Notes under the pieces: generated by a model
Seen by the model: the letters and a program-made list of their open reading frames with translations, nothing else
Told to the model about the DNA's origin: nothing
The model's database searches: none
In this document: positions 51,984 to 64,000 of the stretch, piece after piece
How the letters are laid out: each line of letters starts with the position of its first letter
How positions within the stretch are numbered: position 1 is the first letter of the stretch
Assembly: GCA_964016885.1 (NCBI GenBank)
Contig: OZ024749.1
Location: 22,010,001 to 22,074,000, forward strand
Reading direction: 5' to 3'
Source of the DNA: Eledone cirrhosa
Lineage: Eukaryota
DNA length: 64,000 bases
Made by a program: the position numbers and the translations under genes

Positions 51984-54900
51984 TCAAAAAGTGGGACAAG
52001 TACAATGGGAGGTGTTTATATTCTCGCCACTTTCACCTCTCTCTCCATCCTGATCCTTCTTCCGAAATGATATCGGAAGAAACGGACCAGTTGTTGGCCA
52101 GAGAGAAAGGTGTCTGACCTCAGTCCTTTCAGACGCGTCCACCATACAACCTCTTTCGCCATCGCTATTACGCACAGAAACACCGCCTCTCCTTCGTTTT
52201 TGAAGAGGGGAGGCGGCTTGATCGTTACAATAGACCCGGTGGTCAACCGGATCGGTCCCATACTTGACAGCAGTTGTTCGACATAGCTCCACAGATCGGC
52301 AATGCCCGAGCAGTGCACCAATGCGTGTGCAACGGTTTCCTCGTCGCACACGCAATCTGGGACAGATCTTTTTCGAGGGGTCCCTACCCGGGCGCCCGTG
52401 TCTGTAGAGCCTTTCTCGAACGGGCAGAGCCCCTCGGTAGCACTGCCAGGCCATGGACCTCTGGAGGTTATCCATGGGTCCCGGGCTGAATGTCCTACCG
52501 AACAGGTTGGCCAGTTCGTCTTCCTCCATGCCTAGGGCTTCTCCAAGGGCGTCGTCGCACCTGCTAACCACCAGCCCTCTATAGAATGACGAGGTGGATT
52601 CTCCACTGACAGCCGGGTCCGCCTGCCAGAGAGCCGTGAGCGCCTGGGCACACTCGGTGTGCCAGGCGCCCAGTTTTCTCGGTCTTTGCTTGACCCAGGA
52701 TTGCAGCTCGGTGAGTGAGACGAGTCTGGGAAAGGCTCGCCTCACAAACGGGGCCCACACGGGTTGACCAGTGAGGAATACCTGGAGGTGCCGTAGCCTT
52801 AATGCGTGTTTACGTATCATTAGACACGGCATTCCCAGCCCTCCTTTCGAAGGGTGTTGACAGCAGATGGATCTCCTGACCATAGGAGCCTGCTTCTTCC
52901 AAAGGAATTGGAAGAGTGCGCGCTCCATTTTGGCGAACGTTTCCCTTGGGCAAGGCACAACGGTCAGGCGGTAGTAGATGACGGACGCTATATAAGTGTT
53001 CGCCACCTCCGCCCGACCTTTCAGGTACAGTTTGCACTCGGCCCACTTCTGGGTCAGTGCAAACACCCTGTTCGTTACCTCACCTGGTCCGAACTACTTC
53101 ACCGGGCCCTCCGTCCAGCGCCAGACGACGCCATCGGAAGGCATCGATCTGCCCCTCCACGTGCCGAGTTGCAGACCGATCGACTTGTCCCGGTTCAGCT
53201 TAGCCCCTGTAAACCTTTCATACTCCTCCAGTAAGGTGCCGATCGCCCCGATTTCCGAGGCTGTCGACACCATTACTGTTACGTCGTCGGCGTAGGCCGA
53301 CACCGCTTCCCGCAATCCCGGTTCCAACGGGATGCCCTGCAACAACTCCAACTTCCGCAGCAGTGGCTCTAGAGTCATTACATACAGAAGGGAGGAGAGA
53401 GGGCACCCTTGTCGGATGGAGCGCGATTTCGAACGACTCCGAGAGGTAGCCGTTCACCTTGACCCTAGAGCAGATGCGGCTGCTGTGCATGGCATTGATC
53501 CAGCCCCTGAAAACTGGTCCGAAGCCTGCCGCCGCTAGCACCGCATCCAGGTAACTATGGTCGACCCTATCGAACGCCTTAGATTGATCCAAGTTGATCA
53601 AGTCCCCACCAAAGCCGGGTTCGTTCCCAACCCTCTCTATGATGTATCGCATGAGGTGGAGGTTGTCGTGGATGGACCTGGACGGGATAGCACATGTCTG
53701 CGCATCTCCCACCAGGTTGCCCACGACAAGCGCCAACCTCTTTGCTAGCACCTTGGCCAAAATCTGTAACTCTGTATTAATCAGAGGTATGGGCCTGAAA
53801 TTATTTATATCGTCCCCCTTGTTCTCGTCCTTCCGCACTAGCGTGACCACGCCCTTGGTCACAGCACAGAGAATTCTCCCGTTCTGTTGCCAGTTGCAGT
53901 AGACCGCCTCGAGGAGATCGGGGAACAAATCCGGCATAGCTAGATATAGTTCGTATGGAAGACCATCGAGACCCGGGGATTTGCGTTTGCCGCATTGGCT
54001 CAGCACGTCCTCTATCTCAGCGGCTGAAATCGGCTCCTCGCAGGACTTCGCCTCCCTGTCCGAGAGACGCGGCAGGCCGTCGAGGTATGGACCGAAGTCC
54101 ACTTCCCCAACTGGCTCCCCGCCCCTCCAAACAATCTGGCAAAGTGCTTTTGAAAAGCCTCGCACATCTGCTTAGGCTCAAGGATCACCCGTCCATCCTG
54201 GTCTCGCAAAGACCGGATAGTGGATCTACTCCCTCTTTTCGCTTCTGTCACGCGGGCCCAGCTAACAGCTTTGGTCCCCTCGTTTCCCAGAGCACGTATT
54301 TTGCTTCGGACGATGCAGCCTTCGTGTTTCGCGTCGAAGAACTGGCCCAGGGCCGTTTTCGACGCTAGCACTCTGGCCACGTCGCCGCTTCTAATTGCTT
54401 CTTCTATACTATCTACCAACTCACTTTCCTCCCTATTTCTATTTGAGGCTAACTCCTTACGAAAAATTCTATAGAGACTACTCTAATCTCTCTTTTCAGA
54501 GATCCCCACCACCTGCTGTTGACGATGGCGCCCGTCAACTGCTCCTTAACTAAAGTGCTAATCCGGTCCCTGTAAGCCTTACTTGCGGGTAAGGACAAGT
54601 AGAGCTTCCTGTAAACGGGTCCCTGTCTATGCGTTCTGTCAAGGTTGACCATGCAGGTCACTAACTTGTGGTCTGAATAGCCAACCATGCGCATTTTTTG
54701 ACAACTTAAAAAGTCCTTATCCTTATTTCTGACTAAGAACCTATCTAGGTACGACCTAGATGATCCGCTACGATTTGCCCAAGTCCAGGTTGGCGCAGTC
54801 GGAAAATCTAGTCGATATCTATCGGCCAGGTCAAAACGACCGATTAACTCTTTGAGGCTATTACACCCCTCTCTATCGGGACAGGCCCCTACGTAGTCCC

Positions 54901-55348
54901 AGCGTGCATCTAGGATACCATTCCAGTCCCCCACTAATAGCAAGGAGCGGGACGTCCCTAGAAAAGTCTCCAGACGATGGAAGAAGTCTGGCCGCATTGA
55001 CCCGAAAGGGCCGTAGACGGCTACCAACCTAAACGCTCCGCCTTCACCACTGCCAAGGTCCAGAACTACTAGTCAACCCTCCGGGTCCAAATGTACCGTC
55101 TGTGTTGCCAGACCCAGATGTTTTTGCAGCAGAACGACAACCCCACCCCCACCTCCGGGCTGACAGAGAGATGCGTGCATCTCAAAGTCATCAAAGGTGG
55201 GGGCCAGCTGTCGCACGTTGCTGATCCGGGCCTCGCAAATAACGATCACATCTATACGTTGTGACCTGAGATCATTTAGAAGCATTGCTTGCTTCCAAGT
55301 TGAGCCCAGGCCACGCGCATTTAGACAGCCTACTCTTAGCATAGCCAT
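51984..55348 (-). pseudogene. Tx1/L1 ORF2 (APE-RT), frameshifted
   Basis: Split across ORFs 55073-55372, 54449-55027, 54012-54419, 53218-54165, 53094-53378 and 51984-53066. Confidence 0.9.
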
Positions 55349-55844
55349 CTTGGTGGTGAAGAGAAAAGGCACTTACCGCTCTGCGTCCCGGGTATCGGGT
55401 TGCACAATTTCCATGAGGGTGGGGGATGGGTTGTTGGGTGGGATGGTGGTTTGTGGAAATGTAGGGGCATCAGTGTGTTGTGTGGTTGGGGTGTTTGGAG
55501 TTGTCTGGGTGTTTGGGGAGGGGGTGGGGTAGTTTTTTAGGAGGACGCGGTTAATGGGCCCGACGCAGGGGGGCCCACGTCCTCTTTAAAGTTGTTTTTT
55601 AAAGTTTTATAGGTGTCCTGTGGGGCCTTAATCATTTTGAGGTGGGGGAAATCCCCTGCCTGGGTGAAGTTAGGCCCTTGGGTTTTTATCAAATTGTAGT
55701 TGTACACAATGTTTAACAGTTTTTTGTTTCTTGTGTTTATGTATGTGTATGCATGTTTTTGTTTTTGTGTGGTGTTTTTTGTTTACTGTTGTTGTGTGCT
55801 CTTTTGTGTTGGTGTCAGTGTTATGTTTTGGGGAGGGGTTGTTT

Positions 55845-56952
55845 TCATTTGTGTGTCTGAGGTGCGTTTTCTTTTTTTTCTTTTGATTGTGTGGAAGTGC
55901 TCCTCCTCGTCTGACGACGAACGAGGGTCATCTTCCGCGTTGGAGGGGAGGGGTATATTTTCGGGTTGTTTGCGGTGCGGGTGTTTTGGAAATTGTTTTT
56001 TTTTAGTGGGGGGATGGGTTGGACATTGTTTTGTTTTGGTTTGAGCTGTGGTTGTTGTTTTTGTAGTGGTGGTTGTGGTGATTGTGTTGGTTGTGCAGTT
56101 GTTGGTGGTGTAGGCAGGATTGGGGTTTTCTTATTAAGTTGAGGACAGGCAGCCCTCAGGTGACCTCTGGTTCCACAGAGGTAACACGAGGACCGCCTAC
56201 CCTCAACGGTAATGTTGATAAAAGTTTGATCATCCAGTATGACGCGTTCAGGGATCTGGGCGATCTTTTCGGGCCTCATTTGAACTACAAGTTCGAGGCT
56301 CGTTCCACTGAACGCGTCACCCGATGCCTTTCCCATGGACACCAGCGTGTCATCATCCAGGTTCAGGAAACCTGTCAAAACCCACCATATGTCCATAATC
56401 GGCAGCATGGTGTGGATTTTTATTTTTTGTGTCCTTCTACCCATGTACGTAGGGTAGAAGGTGTATGCGGTGGATGTAATTGGTTTTATGGACAGTTTCA
56501 CTGCTGTGTCCCTGTCCTTCATGAGAATGGATAGACTCCCGTAGAGTCTATCCTTCTGAATGAATGTGATGTCTTTCATGACGTCTTTTAAAACCAGCTC
56601 TATCTCACTCTGTGATGGTTGAGCTGGTTTTTTGCTTTTGTTTGAGATTGTCCTAAACATGACAGTGTTTAGGAGTCTCTGGCTTTTTAGTTCCGGGGGG
56701 GGGGGATCGATAATGCTCCATTTTCCGCGTACATTATGTATTTTTTGGCATCTGCCAGTAGCTCCTTCGCTTTGGTTATATCTACTGGCAGATAGTCGAG
56801 GGTTTTCCTTGCTGTCTGGGCGAAGGAGACTTTTCCTTGTTTGTGTTGCTGTTGTAGTTGGTGGTGTTGTTGTTATCATTGTTGTTGTTATCACAGTTAT
56901 TGGTCTTCTTGTTGTTGTTATTGTTATTGTTGTTGGTGTTGTTTTCGTCCAT

Positions 56953-56983
<31 letters not shown>

Positions 56984-57167
56984 AAGGTGCCGCTGGTTGT
57001 TTGGTTTGTTGCCATGGCAACGTCAAGTTGTCGGTCAGCAGGTGGAGAAAATCCTTCCTCTGGCTGACTTTGTCTTTGACCTCTGCTACTATGACAGTGG
57101 CAGGGGGAAGCTGTAAGCTTATCTTCCCCTTTCCTCCTTCGAATGTTGGTGAAGAAGATTCAGCCAT
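55845..57167 (-). CDS. Tx1/L1 ORF1 protein (CCHC zinc knuckle), possibly C-terminally frameshifted
   Basis: 440-aa ORF starting with ATG after the 5' UTR; CYLCGTRGHLRAAC; poly-Thr tract; homolog in copy B. Confidence 0.8.
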
Positions 57168-57533
57168 TTAAAAAAAATTTTAACTTTTCAAAAGAAAAAA
57201 AAAAATTTTTGTTAACTATTTCGCCTAAAGGCGTAGAATATTTTGAGAGACTGACCAGATCAAAATTTGACCTGGCAGTCCCTCTACAAAATGGTACAAA
57301 AATTAAAGTTTACAGTCAAGAATTTCTTTAGAAATTTAAGCAGAACTTACTCAGCAAGTTACACGCGTGTGTCCATCCCAGAGATAGATAGATATAGATA
57401 GATAAACAGACAGATAGATAATATATTTCTTTATTTGTCACAAGGGGGGGGGGCACCAGAAGTGGGACATTAGGAGACGTGACGAGGGTGTTTATGAACA
57501 AATAGATAGATAAATAAACAAATAGATAGATAA

Positions 57534-60500
57534 TTTTCTTTTTATTTGCCACCCGGGCATCAAAAAGTGGGAGGTACAATGGGGGGAGTTTACATAAAAA
57601 GGCGTCCTCAATAAGATATAAAAATATAAAATATAACAAAATAAATTTTATAACAAAATCCTCAATAGGGAAGAGGCGCCTTGGGGGGTCGCACACAGCC
57701 CCGAAAAAAAGTGTGCAACCCTTCTACTTAGGAGCACAGAGAGGGGCTGCTCCCTTGGTCTTTCATCTTACTCACCTATAGTCTGATGTAGAGTGAAGGC
57801 CCATTCACACGGGCCATTCTCGCCACTTTCACCCATCTTTCATAAAAACGGCTGGGGTGCAGGACCTCTCTCTCCATCCTGATCCTTCTTCCGAAATGAT
57901 ATCGGAAGAAACGGACCAGTTGTTGGCCAGAGAGAAAGGTGTCTGACCTCAGTCCTTTCAGACGCGTCCACCATACAACCTCTTTCGCCATCGCTATTAC
58001 GCACAGAATCACCGCCTCTTCTTCGTTTTTGAAGAGGGGAGGCGGCTTTATCGTTACAACAGACTCGGTGGTCAACCGGATCGGTCCCACCCTTGACAGC
58101 AGTTGTTCGACATAGCCCCACAGATCGGCAATGCCCGAGCAGTGTACCAATGCGTGTGCAACGGTTTCCTCGTCACACACGCATCTGGGACAGATCTTTT
58201 TCGAGGGGTCCCTACCCGGGCGCCCGTGTCTGTAGAGCCTTTCTCGAACGTGCAGAGCCCTTCTGTAGCATTGCCAGGCCAGGGACCTCTGGAAGTTATC
58301 CATGGGTCCCCGGCTGAATGTCCTACCGAACAGGTTGGCCGGTTCGTCTTCCTCCATGCCTAGGGCTTCTCCGAGGGCGTCGTCGCACCTGCTAACCACC
58401 AGCCCTCTATAGAATGACGAGGTGGATTCTCCACTGACAGTCGGGTCCGCCTGCCAGAGAGCCGTGAGCGCCTGGGCACACTCGGTGTGCCAGGCGCCCA
58501 GTTTTCTCGGTCTTTGCTTGACCCAGGATTGCAGCTCGGTGAGTGAGACGAGTCTGGGAAAGGCTCGCCTCACAAACGGGGCCCACACCGGTTGACCGGA
58601 GAGGAATACCTGAAGGTGCCGTAGCCTTAATGCGTGTTTACGTATCATTAGCCACGGCATCCCCAGCCCTCCTTTCGAAGGGTGTTGACAGCAGATGGAT
58701 CTCCTGACCATAGGAGACCGCTTCTTCCAAAGGAATTGGAAGAGTGCGCGCTCCATTTTGGCGAGCGTTTCCCTTGGGCAAGGCACAACGGTCAGGCGGT
58801 AGTAGATGACGGACGCTATATAAGTGTTCGCCACCTCCGCCCGACCTTTCAGGGACAGTTTGCACTCGGCCCACTTCTGGGTCAGTGCAAACGCCCTGTT
58901 CGTTACCTCACCCCAGATCTTCTCCACCTGGAGGTCTGGTCCGAACCAGACCCCGTGCAACTTCACCGGGCCCTCCGTCCAGCGCCCGACGACGCCATCG
59001 GAGGACATCGATCTGCCCCTCCACGTGCCGAGTTGCAGACCGATCGACTTGTCCCGGTTCAGCTTAGCCCCTGTAAACCTTTCATACTCCTCCAGTAAGG
59101 TGCCGATCGCCCCGATTTCCGAGGGCGTCGACACCATTACTGTTACGTCATCGGCGTAGGCTGACACCGCTTTCCGCAATCCCGGTTCCAACGGGATGCC
59201 CTGCAACAACTCCAACTTCCGCAGCAGTGGCTCTAGAGTCATTACATACAGAAGGGAGGAGAGAGGGCACCCCTGTCGGTTGGACCGCGCGATTTCGAAC
59301 GGCTCCGAGAGGTAGCCGTTCACCTTGACCCTAGAGCAGATGCGGCTGCTGTGCATGGCATTGATCCAGCCCCTGAAAACGGGTCCGAAGCCTGCCGCCG
59401 CTAGCACCGCATCCAGGTAACCATGGTCGACCCTATCTTAGATTGATCCAAGTTGATCAGGGCCCCACCAAAGCCGGGTTCGTTCCCAACCCTCTCTATG
59501 ATGTATCGCATGAGGTGGAGGTTGTCGTGGATGGTCCTGGACGGGATAGCACATGTCTGCGCATCTCCCACCAGATTACCCACGACAAGCGCCAACCTCT
59601 TTGCTAGCACCTTGGCCAAAATCTGTAACTCTGTATTTAGCAGAGTTATGGGCCTGAAATTATTTATATCGTCCACCTTGTTCTCGTCCTTCCTCACTAG
59701 CGTGACTACGCCCTTGGTCACAGCACAGGGAATTCTCCCGTTCTGTTGCCAGTTGCAGTAGACCGCCTCGAGGAGATCGGGGAACAAATCCGGCATATCT
59801 AGATATAGTTCGTATGGAAGACCATCGAGACCCGGGGATTTTGCGTTTACCGCATTGGCTCAGCACGTCCTCTATCTCAGCGGCTGAAATCGGCTCCTCG
59901 CAGGACTTCGCCTCCCTGTCCGAAAGACGCGGCAGGCCGTCGAGGTATGGACCGAAGTCCACATCCCCAACCGGCTCCTCGCCCCTTCCGAACAATCCGG
60001 CAAAGTGCTTTTGAAAAGCCTCGCACATCTGCTTAGGTTCAAGGATCACCCGTCCATCCTGGTCTCGCAAAGACCGGATAGTGGATCTGCTCCCTCTTTT
60101 GGCTTCTGTCACGCGGGCCCAGCTAACAGCTTTGGTTCCCTCGTTTCCCAGAGCACGTATTTTGCTTCGGACGATGCAGCCTTCGTGTTTCGCGTCGAAG
60201 AACTGGCCCAGGGCCGTTCTCGACGCTAGCACTCTGGCCACATCGCCGCTTCTAATTGCCTCTTCTACACTATCTACCAACTCCCTTCCCTTCCTATTTC
60301 TATTTGAGGCTAACTCCTTACTAAATTCTATAGAGACTACTCTAATCTCTCTTTTCAGAGATCCCCACCACCTGCTGTTGACGATGGCGCCCGTCAACTG
60401 CTCCTTAACTAAAGTGCTAATCCGGTCCCTGTAAGCCTTACTTGCGGGTAAGGACAAGTTGAGCTTCCAGTAACCGGGTCCCTGTCTATGAGTTCTATCA

Positions 60501-63172
60501 AGGTTGACCATGCAGGTCACTAATTTGTGGTCTGAATAGCCAACCATGCGCATTTTTGGACAACTTAAAAAGTCCGTATCCTTAATTCTAACTAAGAACC
60601 TATCTAGGTACGACCTAGATGATCCGCTACGATTTACTCAAATCCAGGTTGGCGCAGTCGGAAAATCTAGTCGATATCTATCGGCCAGGTCAAAACGACC
60701 GATTAACCCTTTGAGGCTATTACAACCCTCTCTATCGGGACAGGCCCCTACGTAGTCCCAGCGTGCATCTAGGATACCATTCCAGTCCCCCACTAATAGC
60801 AAGGAGCGGGACGTCCCTAGAAAAGTCTCCAGACGATGGAAGAAGTCCGGCCGTATTGACTCGAAAGGGCCGTAGGCGGCTACCAACCTAAACGCTCCGC
60901 CTTTACCACTGCCAAGGTCCAGAACCACTAGTCGACCCTCCGGGTCCAAATATACCATCTGTGTTGCGAGACCCAGATGTTTTTGCAGCAGAACAACAAC
61001 CCCACCCCCACCTCCGGGCTGACAGAGAGATGCGTGCATCTCAAAGTCATCAAAGGTGGGGGTCAGCTGTCGCACGTTGCTGATCCGGGCCTCGCAAATA
61101 ACCATCACATCTATACGTTGTGACCTGAGATCATTTAGAAGCATTGCTTGCTTCCAAGTTGAGTCCGGGCCACGCGCATTTAGACAGCCTACTCTTAGCA
61201 TAGCCATGTTGGTGGTGAAGAGAAAAGGCACTTACCTCTCTGCGTCCCGGGTATCGGGCTGCACAATTTCCATGAGGGTGGGGGATGGGTTGTTGGGTGG
61301 GGTGGTGGTTTGTGGAAATGTAGGGGCATCAGTGTGTTGTGTGGTTGGGGTGTTTGGGAAGGGGGTGGGGTAGTTTTTTAGGAGGACGCGGTTAATGGGC
61401 CCGACGCAGGGGGGCCCACGTCCTCTTTAAAGTTGTTTTTTAAAGTTTTATAGGTGTCCTGTGAGGCCTTAAATATTTTGAGGTGGGGGAAATCCCCTGC
61501 CTGGGTGAAGTTAGGCCCTTGGGTTTTTATTAGATTGTTGTTGTACACAATGTTTAACAGTTTTTTTGTTTCTTGTGTTTATGTATGTGTATGCATGTTT
61601 TTGTTTTTGTGTGGTGTTTTTTGTTTACTGTTGTTGTGTGCTCTTTTGTGTTGGTGTCAGTGTTATGTTTTGGGGAGGGGTTGTTTTCATTTGTGTCTCT
61701 GAGGTGTGTTTTCTTTTTTTTCTTTTGATTGTGTGGAAGTGCTCCTCCTCGTCTGACGACGAACGAGGGTCATCTTCCGCGTTGTAGGGAGGGGTATATT
61801 TTCGGGTTGTGTTTGCGGTGCGGGTGTTTTGGAAATTGTTTTTGTTTTTTTAGTTGGGGAGGGGGGTTGGACATTGTTTTGTTTTGGTTTGAGCTGTGGT
61901 TGTTGTTTTTGTAGTGGTAGTTGTGGTGATTGTGTTGGTTGTGCAGTTGTTGGTGGTGTAGGCAGGATTGGGGTTTTCTTATTAAGTTGGGGACAGACAG
62001 CCCTCAGGTGACCTCTGGTTCCGCAGAGGTAACACGAGGGCCGCCTACCCTCAACGGTAATGTTGATGAAAGTTTGATCATCCAGTATGACGCGTTCAAG
62101 GATCTGGGCGATCCTTTCGGGCCTCATTTGAACTACAAGTTCGAGGCTCGTTCCACTGAACGCGTCACCCGATGCCTTTCCCATGGACACCAGCGTGTCA
62201 GCATCCAGGTCCAGGAAACCTGTCAAAACCCACCATATGTCCATAATCGGCAGGATGGTGTGGATTTTTATTTTTTGTGTTCTTCTACCCGTGTACGTAG
62301 GGTAGAAGGTGTATGCGGTGGATGTGATTGGTTTGATGGACAGTTTCACTCCTGTGTCCCTGTCCTTCATGAGAATGGATAGACTCCCGTAGAGTCTATC
62401 CTTCTGAATGAAGGTGATGTCCTTCATGACGTCTTTTAAAACCAGCTCCATCTCACTCTGTGATGGTTGAGCTGGTTTTTTGCTTTTATTCGAGATTGTC
62501 CTAAACATGACAGTGTTTAGGAGTCTCAGTGTTTAGTTCCGGGGGGGGGGGGGGGGGAATGGGTCGTGAATGAACCATTTTCCTCGTACACTATATATTT
62601 TTTGGCATCTGCCAATAGCTCCTTCGCTTTGGTTATATCTACTGGCAGATAGTCGAGGGTTTTCCTTGCCGTCTGGGCAAAGGAGAAATTTTTTTTGTTT
62701 GTGTTGCTGTTGTAGTTTGTGGTGTTGTTGTTATCATTGTTGTTGTTATCACAGTTATTGGTCTTGTTGTTGTTGTTATTGTTATTGTTGTTGTTTTCGT
62801 CCGTCGCATTGTTGTTGTTGTTGCTGGTGCCGCTGGTTCTTTGGGTTGTTGCCATGGCAACGTCAAGTTGTCGGTCAACAGGTGGAGAAAATCCTTCCTC
62901 TGGCTGACCTTTCTTTTTGACCTCTGCTACTGTGACAGTGGCAGGGGGAAGCTGTAAGTTTATCTTCCCCTTTCCTCCTTCAACAAGAAAAAACTTTTTT
63001 TGTTTAACTATTTCTCCTAAAGGCGTAGAATATTTTGAGTGACTGACCAGATCAAAGTTTGACCTGGCAGTCCCTCTACAAAATGGTACAAAAATTAAAG
63101 TTTACAGTCAAGAATTTCTATAAAAATTTAAACAGAACTTACTCACCAAGTTATACGCGTGTGTCCATCCCA
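57534..63172 (-). mobile_element. Tx1/L1-clade element, copy B (full-length, frameshifted)
   Basis: Highly similar to copy A throughout. ORF2 pieces 60638-61231, 59660-60553, 59401-59796, 57776-59407; ORF1 pieces 61687-62508, 62639-62878. An extra ~70-bp 3' stub lies at 57426-57495. Confidence 0.93.
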
Positions 63173-63256
63173 GAGATAGATAGATAGATGGACGGACAGA
63201 TAGACGGACGGACGAATAGATAGATAGATATATGGACGGATAGATAGATAGATATA

Positions 63257-64000
63257 TTTCTTTATTAGCCACAGGGGCACAAAAGAAGGGGACAAATACA
63301 AAGGGGGAAGTTTACATACAATAAAAACGTGTAAAATGTTATCACAAATGCAATTTAAAAGTTAGTCGATTTTCCCCAATAGAGGGAGAGAGTTTATATG
63401 GGTAACACATACCCCCGAAAAAAAATGTGCAACCCTCATCTCCAGGAGTACGAAGAGCTTGTACTCCTTTCCTCTCCTCCTCCTTTTCCTCAACCTACAG
63501 GCTGATATAGAGAGAAGGCCCATTCACTCGGGCCATTCTCGCCACTTTCACCCACCTTTCATAAAACTTGCTGGGGTACAGCACCTCTCTCTCCATCCTG
63601 ATTCTTCTTCCAAAGTGGTATTTGAAAAAAAGAATCAGTTGTTGGCCGGAGAGAAAGGTCTCTGACCTCAGCCCTTTCAACCTTGTCCACCATACAACCT
63701 CTTTCGCCATAGCTATCACACAAAGGAAAACCGCCTCTCCTTCGTTTTTGAAGGAGGGTGGCGGTTTGATCATGACAATGGACTCGGTGGTCAACTGGAT
63801 TGGTCCCACCTGCAACAATAGTCGTTCTACATAGCCCCACAGGTCAGTGACGCCCGGGCAGTGTATGAATGCGTGCGCGACGGTTTCTTCGTCTCGCACG
63901 CACCTCGGACAGATCTTTTTTGCAGGGTCCCTGCCCGGGCGCCCATGTCTGTAGAGCTTGTCTCGAACTGGTAGAGCTCCTCGGTAGCACTGCCAGGCCA
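63257..64000 (-). mobile_element. Tx1/L1-clade element, copy C (3' part; runs off the window), diverged subfamily
   Basis: ORF 63495-63899 is homologous to the ORF2 C-terminus; 3' UTR matches 43769-43956. Confidence 0.9.

Larger units (their letters stand above)
51959..57380 (-). mobile_element. Tx1/L1-clade non-LTR retrotransposon, copy A (intact 5' end, 3' deletion)
   Basis: ORF1 with CCHC knuckle; ORF2 APE (CLNARGL, GDWN, SYLDRF, SDH), RT (KSPGLDG, LDQSKAFDRV, AYADDV) and C-terminal C..C..ETVAH..C. Confidence 0.93.

Overview
Eukaryotic, very AT- and microsatellite-rich, repeat-dominated window with no confidently identifiable host gene. The SINE family and retroelement mix resemble a cephalopod (Octopus-like) genome; this is inference. 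Contents: at least four Penelope-like elements (two Naiad-type, two Neptune-type with RT and/or GIY-YIG) plus many solo or inverted pLTR remnants carrying more than 12 type I hammerhead ribozyme (HHR) motifs. Several HHRs have unusually long, partly branched stem II domains, and one family has a non-canonical core. Also present: a 615-bp x ~7.2 tandem array containing a degenerate HHR; a near full-length RTE LINE; an R4/Dong-like RLE element in (CATA)n; head-to-tail Tx1/L1-clade elements separated by (GATA)n; tRNA-derived SINEs including a tandem trimer; a small Helitron; and an 8.5-kb (AAC)n-derived higher-order satellite. Most short ORFs in the track are microsatellite artefacts. All RNA folds were derived by eye, and boundaries are approximate to within a few bases.
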